The notes under the pieces were generated by a model. That model was given only the letters and a program-made list of their open reading frames with translations, was not told the origin of the DNA and did not search any database. From Chitinophagales bacterium (GTDB taxonomy: Bacteria > Bacteroidota > Bacteroidia > Chitinophagales > JADIYW01), in NCBI GenBank assembly GCA_020636535.1, contig JACJXT010000011.1:1202151-1266150 (forward strand): 64,000 nt of DNA, read 5' to 3'. A program made the translations under genes and the position numbers. This document shows positions 58,184 through 64,000 of this stretch, piece after piece (positions within the stretch are counted from its first letter, which is position 1; each line of letters starts with the position of its first letter).

Positions 58184-58954
58184 TTACATCTTCCACTGGT
58201 CGCCCCACAATCTGTTCGCACCATCAACATACAAAGTTTCGCCATTAATATAACTTGCCATTGGCGAAGATAAAAACAAAACTGCCCAAGCAACTTCTTG
58301 CATGGTTCCCATTCTTTTTTCAGGAATTACATTAGTAACACCAGCTAAAAATTGTGGTGGATATTGGTCTAATCCAGAGCTTTCAATAATTCCTGGTGCA
58401 ACAGCATTTACTCTAAGATGAAATCTAGACCATTCTACTGCTAGTGTTTTAGTCAAATTATCAACGCCAGCTCTAGCAGCACCTGTATGTGCCATGCCTG
58501 GAAATCCTTTATAAATATTGGCAATAATGTTAACAATATTTCCAGATTGTTGTGGAATGAAAAATGTTTTAGCCATTACTTGTGTTACATTAAATGTACC
58601 TAATAAGTTGTTATTGACCACAGCTTTAAATCCGTTGAAAGAAATATTTTCGGCAGCAGATGGAAACTGTCCACCAGCATTATTGATTAAAATATCTAAT
58701 TTATCAGTATGTGCTTTTATTTTATCTGCTAGTGCTTGTACTTGTTCAGGTTCTCTAATGTCTGCAATTAGTCCGTGAACATTACCAAGTTGACTCAACT
58801 CACTACATGCTTTATCTATTTTTTCTTGATTTCGAGAAGCAATGAAAACCGTAGCACCTAATTTTAAATATTCGGTTGCAATAGTATAGCCAATACCACT
58901 TCCGCCACCAGTAACTAAAATTGTTTTATCTTGGAATAGATTCTCTTGAAACAT
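58184..58954 (-). CDS. SDR-family oxidoreductase (enoyl/dienoyl-CoA reductase-like)
   Basis: VTGGGSGIG, NNAGG and AAARAGVDNLTKTLAVEW patterns. Confidence 0.75.
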   Translation of the reverse strand: MFQENLFQDKTILVTGGGSGIGYTIATEYLKLGATVFIASRNQEKIDKACSELSQLGNVHGLIADIREPEQVQALADKIKAHTDKLDILINNAGGQFPSAAENISFNGFKAVVNNNLLGTFNVTQVMAKTFFIPQQSGNIVNIIANIYKGFPGMAHTGAARAGVDNLTKTLAVEWSRFHLRVNAVAPGIIESSGLDQYPPQFLAGVTNVIPEKRMGTMQEVAWAVLFLSSPMASYINGETLYVDGANRLWGDQWKM

Positions 58955-58987
58955 AATAGATTTTTTTCAAAAATAGGGAATTAAAAT

Positions 58988-59905
58988 TTAGCGTTTAGCT
59001 TTTGATTTAATATTTGCTTTGCTGATGAGTAAAATGCCTAGAATTACTAAAATAGTTCCTAGTAATTGCTGTAGTGTAAATGGTTCTTTTAAAAAATAAG
59101 TTGCCATAAAAATAGTAAGTATTGGTCCTATACTTGCTATGATTGACATATTGTTTGAACCAATGATTTTAATACCTTCTGCCATTATAAATGTAGGTAA
59201 TACGGTAGCAATAGTTGCTATAATAAAAGATAAAGCATATACTTGATATGGAAAATGAAATAAATCTAAACCATGAACAATACTGTAATGTATGATGACT
59301 ATAATGCTAGAAAAAATTAAAGAGTAGGCAGTAAATGGAATGCTACCAATTTTTATAATGGTGTTTTCGCTTTTAGACAAGTAGAATGCATAAGAAATAG
59401 CTGCTAAAAAAACGAGTATTGCACCTTTTACAGTTGCTTGATTATCGGTATAGTATTTTAAGTCAGATTGAAAAGCAATGGCAACACCAATATAAGTAAT
59501 AACTATTGCTACATATTGATAAGAGTAAGTTTTTCTTTTATATAATATTTTTCCGAATAATAAGACAATAGTTGGATAGATAAATAATATTAATCGTTCT
59601 AAGCTTGCTGAGATGAATTCTAAACCATAAAAATCTAAATAGCTAGCTAAGTAATAACCAAAGAAACCAGCAATTAAAATATCAGTATAGTCTTTTTTTG
59701 CAATACTGACTTTGTTTTTTCTGTTATACCAAAACAATATCACAATATAAAAAGGTAAAGAAAATAACATTCTTAAGCATAGAATTGTCAAGCCATCTAC
59801 ACCGTATGGAAAAATGAGTTTTGCAAAAATAGCTTTGGTAGAATATAGTGCAGCACCTAGTAATACTAGCACTATTCCTTTTAATTGTTGTTGCTCTTTT
59901 TGCAT
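58988..59905 (-). CDS. DMT/EamA-family transporter (10 TM)
   Basis: Two EamA-like halves. 305 aa. Confidence 0.75.
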   Translation of the reverse strand: MQKEQQQLKGIVLVLLGAALYSTKAIFAKLIFPYGVDGLTILCLRMLFSLPFYIVILFWYNRKNKVSIAKKDYTDILIAGFFGYYLASYLDFYGLEFISASLERLILFIYPTIVLLFGKILYKRKTYSYQYVAIVITYIGVAIAFQSDLKYYTDNQATVKGAILVFLAAISYAFYLSKSENTIIKIGSIPFTAYSLIFSSIIVIIHYSIVHGLDLFHFPYQVYALSFIIATIATVLPTFIMAEGIKIIGSNNMSIIASIGPILTIFMATYFLKEPFTLQQLLGTILVILGILLISKANIKSKAKR

Positions 59906-59954
59906 ACAACAAAATTAGACTTCTGTACTATTTAATTAGCGATGTGTTTATTAT

Positions 59955-59990
59955 TAAAACAAAAAATCCATCACTAAAAAATGATGGATT
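59955..59990 (-). terminator. rho-independent terminator of 60047-61042
   Basis: On the minus strand, the stem aatccatca/tgatggatt (59965-59973 / 59982-59990) is followed by ttttttgtttt. Confidence 0.65.
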
Positions 59991-60046
59991 TCAATATATA
60001 ATATAAGCAGTTTTGTGTCAATCGTTTTTTCTGCAAAAACAGAAAT

Positions 60047-61042
60047 CTATTTCAAAGTAAACGATGATTTACCAATCATAACACCTTCTTGATATACTTC
60101 TGTAGCATATTTACCAGCAGAGAAATTATAATTTTGATTCCAGTATGAACAAACTTGTTTTGTATCGCCATCAAATTTTGGAGTAATTGAATAGGTATAT
60201 GGAATAGATTTTCCTGTGTTTATATCTGTTAAAGTACCACTTCCTAAACTTGCAATTTGGATAGTAGAACCATCAGGACCCAAAAGTCTAACTTTTAATT
60301 CGGTAGCACCTTTTGGAGCAATTTTATTTTGTAATAAATCAAAACATACTTTTAATTTAGAAGCATCTTTCGCTTTTTTCACTTCTACTTCTTCACCTTT
60401 TTTATTGTTTTTTACTGGAGTTATAGAAAAATTAGCAGCAGTTAAAATTGATGCTTCATCAATTCTATTTTGCATTTGTTGTTTTAATTCTTCTATTTTA
60501 AGTTTTTCAGCAGAAATTTTATCTCTGTCTTCTTTAGTAGTCGTTAAATCATTATTTAAAGTAACATTATCGTCAAATAACTTTTGGTTTACTTGCATTA
60601 AAGAATCTAGTGTAGTTCTTAAATTTTCTTTTTCTTGCTGCAATTCTGCAATCAAAGCTTGAGCTTCTTTTAGTGCTTTACTGTCTTTATTTTTAGACAT
60701 TGCAACTTGTGCTAATAAACTTTCAATTTTTTGTTTCTTAGCATACAATTCATTTTCTTTTACATTCAACAAGCTATCTAAGCCAGCATTTTCTGCTTTA
60801 TAACTTTCAATATCAGCCAAAGCAGCATTAAATTTCATATCTAAATCATTCTTAGCAGCTTCAACTTCAGTTATTTTTTGTTCATTAACAACAATGGTAT
60901 CATTAGATTTTTTTAACTTTAATACAGTGAAAATTAGTCCACCAAGTAATAGAGCTAGCAATAACAATAACAACTTGTTTATTCCACCTTTTTTTTCTTG
61001 TTCTTGAACTTGTTGTTCGTTATTATCCTGATAATCTGACAT
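60047..61042 (-). CDS. membrane-anchored coiled-coil protein with C-terminal beta domain
   Basis: N-terminal TM (LLLLLALLLGGLIFTVL), about 170 aa of heptad-like coiled coil, then a ~130-aa beta-rich C-terminus. Confidence 0.5.
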   Translation of the reverse strand: MSDYQDNNEQQVQEQEKKGGINKLLLLLLALLLGGLIFTVLKLKKSNDTIVVNEQKITEVEAAKNDLDMKFNAALADIESYKAENAGLDSLLNVKENELYAKKQKIESLLAQVAMSKNKDSKALKEAQALIAELQQEKENLRTTLDSLMQVNQKLFDDNVTLNNDLTTTKEDRDKISAEKLKIEELKQQMQNRIDEASILTAANFSITPVKNNKKGEEVEVKKAKDASKLKVCFDLLQNKIAPKGATELKVRLLGPDGSTIQIASLGSGTLTDINTGKSIPYTYSITPKFDGDTKQVCSYWNQNYNFSAGKYATEVYQEGVMIGKSSFTLK

Positions 61043-61156
61043 AATAAAAGAGTTTAATTAGTTGTACTACAAAAATATGACTTATATTGCGTTTTTTTGA
61101 AGAAATGAGGAGTATCTCATATTAATTTTTAATTTTATAAGAAAATTTTAACAGTA

Positions 61157-61882
61157 ATGCTACAAGATATCAACATCAACAACTTATTAATCATAGATAT
61201 TGAAACGGTGCCATTTGCAAAAAGCTTTGATGAATTGAATAATTACGAACAAGAACTATGGGAAGAAAAGAAAGGAAAGCATAGAAACGAAGATGAAAAT
61301 AAGTCGGAATTTTATTTTAATAATGCAGGAATCCTAGCAGAGTTTGGAAAAATAGTTTGCATTTCTATTGCTACAATTACAAATGATGGTTTATTTAAAC
61401 AAATTAAATGTAATTCATTTTATGGTGATGATGAAAAACAAGTACTCATTCAATTTCAAGCATATTTAGAAAAAGTGTTTGCACAAAATTCAAGAACTTT
61501 ACTTTGTGGTCACAACATCAAAGAGTTTGATATACCATATATTTGCAGACGATTACTCATTAACGAAATGCAATTGAGCAGTCCTTTGTTAAACTTACAA
61601 TCTAAAAAACCTTGGGAAGTTGCTTTAGTTGATACTATGGATCAGTGGAAATTTGGCGATTATAAAAATTACATTTCACTTAAATTGTTAGCTTACTTAT
61701 TAAAAGTGCCATCGCCAAAAGACGATATTTCTGGTAAAGATGTAGGCAGAGTATATTGGCAGGAAAATGGTTTAGAACGCATTAAAAAATATTGCGAAAA
61801 AGATGTAGCTACAGTAGCACAAATTGTGTTAAAGTTAAAAGCCGACGACTTAATAGATGGAAATAATATTATTTTTTCCTAA
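61157..61882 (+). CDS. DnaQ/RNase H-fold 3'-5' exonuclease-like protein
   Basis: Exo I LLIIDIETVP, Exo II GHNIKEFDIPYI, Exo III YCEKDVATVAQI. Confidence 0.65.
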   Translation: MLQDININNLLIIDIETVPFAKSFDELNNYEQELWEEKKGKHRNEDENKSEFYFNNAGILAEFGKIVCISIATITNDGLFKQIKCNSFYGDDEKQVLIQFQAYLEKVFAQNSRTLLCGHNIKEFDIPYICRRLLINEMQLSSPLLNLQSKKPWEVALVDTMDQWKFGDYKNYISLKLLAYLLKVPSPKDDISGKDVGRVYWQENGLERIKKYCEKDVATVAQIVLKLKADDLIDGNNIIFS

Positions 61883-61904
61883 TTTGGCAGAATATAAGTC
61901 AACG

Positions 61905-63686
61905 ATGAGTAAATTATTAGAAGTACAAAATTTAGTTACCGAGTTTAATACCGAAAATGGTAATGTTAAAGCAGTTAACGATGTTTCTTTTCATATCAAT
62001 AAAAAGGAAGTAGTTGGTATAGTAGGTGAGTCAGGTTCTGGTAAATCAGTAACTTCTTTATCTATCATGCGATTGATTCCAAATCCACCAGGAAAAATTA
62101 CAAACGGTTCTATCATTTATCACGAAGCTGATGATAAATCGGTTGATTTAACTAAAATTTCTGACGAAGAAATGCGTAAGTACAGAGGTAATGAAATATC
62201 TATGATTTTTCAAGAACCAATGACTTCTTTAAATCCAGTGTTTACTTGTGGCAATCAAGTGATGGAAGCCATTATACTACATCAAAAATGTTCAAAAAAA
62301 GAAGCAGAAGAAAAAACATTGCAACTATTTGAACAAGTAAAATTACCTAATCCAGCAAGAATTTTAAAAGCATATCCACATCAATTATCTGGTGGTCAAA
62401 AGCAAAGAGTAATGATTGCTATGGCAATGTCATGTCAACCAAAAATATTAATTGCAGATGAACCAACAACAGCTTTAGATGTTACCGTTCAAAAAACCAT
62501 ACTAGAATTAATTGGCGATTTGAGCGAAGAAACAGGCATGTCTACCATTTTTATTACACACGATTTAGGTGTAATTGCAGAAATAGCAGATAGAGTTATT
62601 GTAATGTACAAAGGTAAAATTGTAGAGCAAGGTTCGGTTTTAGAAATCTTTTCAAATCCACAACATCCATACACCAAAGGACTTTTAGCTTGTCGTCCAC
62701 CATTAGGTAAAAGATTAAGAAAATTACCAGTTATTGCTGATTTCATGACAGTAGAACCAGATGGAACGCTAGTAGAAAAAGCAGCTAACATGGAAGAATT
62801 GATTGATGCTTTTGTAGTAACTGAAGCTCAAACCAAAGCACGATTGGAAGAATTACATCAAGGTAAAAAAATATTAGAAGTACAAAATTTGCAAACATGG
62901 TTTCCATCTAAAACGAATTTTTTTGGAAAAGCAACCGAGTATGTAAAAGCTGTAAATAATGTTTCTTTTGATGTTTACGAAGGTGAAACTTTAGGATTGG
63001 TTGGCGAATCTGGTTGTGGTAAAACAACTTTAGGTAGAACTATTTTGCGTTTGGTTGAACCAACAGCAGGAAAAGCTATTTTTGATGGTCAAGATATTTT
63101 TAATCTCGATAATAAATCGTTGAAAGCTTTACGCGAACACATGCAAATTATTTTTCAAGATCCATATTCTTCATTAAATCCAAGAATGACTATTGGCAAT
63201 GCCATTATGGAACCAATGATTGTGCATAATAAATACAGCAACGACAAAGAACGAAAGGAAAAAGTAATAGAGTTACTAGAAAAAGTAAACTTACAAGCTG
63301 ATCACTTTTTAAGATATCCTCACGAATTTTCTGGTGGTCAGCGACAAAGAATTTGTATAGCAAGAGCATTGGCATTAAATCCTAAATTTATTATTTGCGA
63401 TGAGTCGGTTTCTGCATTAGATGTTTCCGTTCAAGCACAAGTATTAAATCTATTGATTGAGTTGAGAAAAGAGTTTAAATTTACTTATATATTTATTTCT
63501 CACGATTTATCTGTAGTGAAATTTATGAGCGATAGAATGGTAGTAATGAACAAAGGCGAAATTGAAGAAATGGGTGCAGCTGATGAAATCTATAACAATC
63601 CACAAAAAGAATACACTAAGAAACTAATTGCAGCCATTCCAAAAGGTAACTTAGCAGATATTAAAGCAAGATTTTCAACCATCTAA
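61905..63686 (+). CDS. ABC transporter ATP-binding protein, two fused ATPase domains (peptide/nickel type)
   Basis: Two Walker A motifs (GESGSGKS, GESGCGKT), two signatures (LSGGQKQR, FSGGQRQR) and two Walker B motifs. I use the ATG at 61905 (MSKLLEVQNL). Confidence 0.85.
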   Translation: MSKLLEVQNLVTEFNTENGNVKAVNDVSFHINKKEVVGIVGESGSGKSVTSLSIMRLIPNPPGKITNGSIIYHEADDKSVDLTKISDEEMRKYRGNEISMIFQEPMTSLNPVFTCGNQVMEAIILHQKCSKKEAEEKTLQLFEQVKLPNPARILKAYPHQLSGGQKQRVMIAMAMSCQPKILIADEPTTALDVTVQKTILELIGDLSEETGMSTIFITHDLGVIAEIADRVIVMYKGKIVEQGSVLEIFSNPQHPYTKGLLACRPPLGKRLRKLPVIADFMTVEPDGTLVEKAANMEELIDAFVVTEAQTKARLEELHQGKKILEVQNLQTWFPSKTNFFGKATEYVKAVNNVSFDVYEGETLGLVGESGCGKTTLGRTILRLVEPTAGKAIFDGQDIFNLDNKSLKALREHMQIIFQDPYSSLNPRMTIGNAIMEPMIVHNKYSNDKERKEKVIELLEKVNLQADHFLRYPHEFSGGQRQRICIARALALNPKFIICDESVSALDVSVQAQVLNLLIELRKEFKFTYIFISHDLSVVKFMSDRMVVMNKGEIEEMGAADEIYNNPQKEYTKKLIAAIPKGNLADIKARFSTI

Positions 63687-63740
63687 TTTTTATCTAATGT
63701 ATAGGTTAGTATAAAATTAAAAACTTTATTTTTATAAATT

Positions 63741-64000
63741 ATGAAAGCAGATATTAAAAAAATATACGAAGCACATGTTGCTTTTGAATTAGCACAGTTT
63801 GAAGGAAAAACACTTCAAGAAAACATTAAAAATGAAGTAGAAGCTACTTGGTCTTGGTTTGAAAAAACAAAACTCAACGATATTTCTTCTGCTGATTATG
63901 TAATTAAATTTCTAGAAAGAAACTTAGAAGATAGAAAATTAACCAAACACCAAAAAGAATATTTGGTTGATTTAGGCATTGCTATTAGAGATTTAGCTGC
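63741..64000 (+). CDS. 5' part of an unidentified ORF running off the window
   Basis: ATG at 63741, then 86 open codons (MKADIKKIYEAHVAFELAQFEG...) to the window end. Confidence 0.35.
   Translation, partial: MKADIKKIYEAHVAFELAQFEGKTLQENIKNEVEATWSWFEKTKLNDISSADYVIKFLERNLEDRKLTKHQKEYLVDLGIAIRDLA

Noticed and set aside
60216-60662. 148-aa plus-strand ORF antisense to the coiled-coil gene
   Set aside because: It mirrors the K/E/L-rich coiled-coil codons as an F/S/L-rich low-complexity frame. The minus-strand gene has a TM anchor, a terminator and coherent domain structure.

Overview
AT-rich (roughly 30% GC by eye) chromosome segment of Bacteroidota type. Supporting signs are T9SS C-terminal sorting domains, a CarboxypepD_reg-type TonB receptor, a 291-aa primary sigma factor, many lipoprotein signal peptides and no Shine-Dalgarno sequences. 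I saw no rRNA, tRNA or CRISPR. The flanks (about 0.6-18.4 kb and 45.9-64 kb) are ordinary housekeeping genes: trpF-like, rpoD, cysteine desulfurase, mgtE, cdd, argB/argE, a beta-CASP MBL hydrolase, an ABC1/UbiB kinase, polyprenyl synthase, folP, aroK, ABC transporter parts, MATE and SDRs. They are punctuated by two ~98% identical IS200/IS605 copies, a decayed third IS200-like gene, a decayed UPF0175/DUF3368 toxin-antitoxin pair and a Fic gene. The centre (about 18.4-45.9 kb) looks like an accessory island wedged between the convergent 3' ends of two core genes. It holds a TPR sensor kinase and a LuxR-type response regulator. It also holds five co-oriented transcription units of secreted, lipoprotein and T9SS-cargo genes, including a 2677-aa seven-module BspA/DUF285-type giant protein. 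An IS1634-family element with a ~350-bp target duplication and an MBOAT cassette complete it. The strongest new signal is a bipartite cis element present exactly five times, once in front of each island transcription unit: the palindrome TAGYGA-N4-TYACTA, then an invariant CTTTA at fixed spacing. This suggests a dedicated regulon, possibly run by the adjacent two-component system. Other notable structures: a 171-172-bp tandem array built from copies of the 3' ends of both flanking genes plus a hairpin element; diverged partial copies of core-gene 3' ends at both island borders; and small hairpin repeat families. All functional calls come from reading motifs in the supplied translations. No database search was possible.
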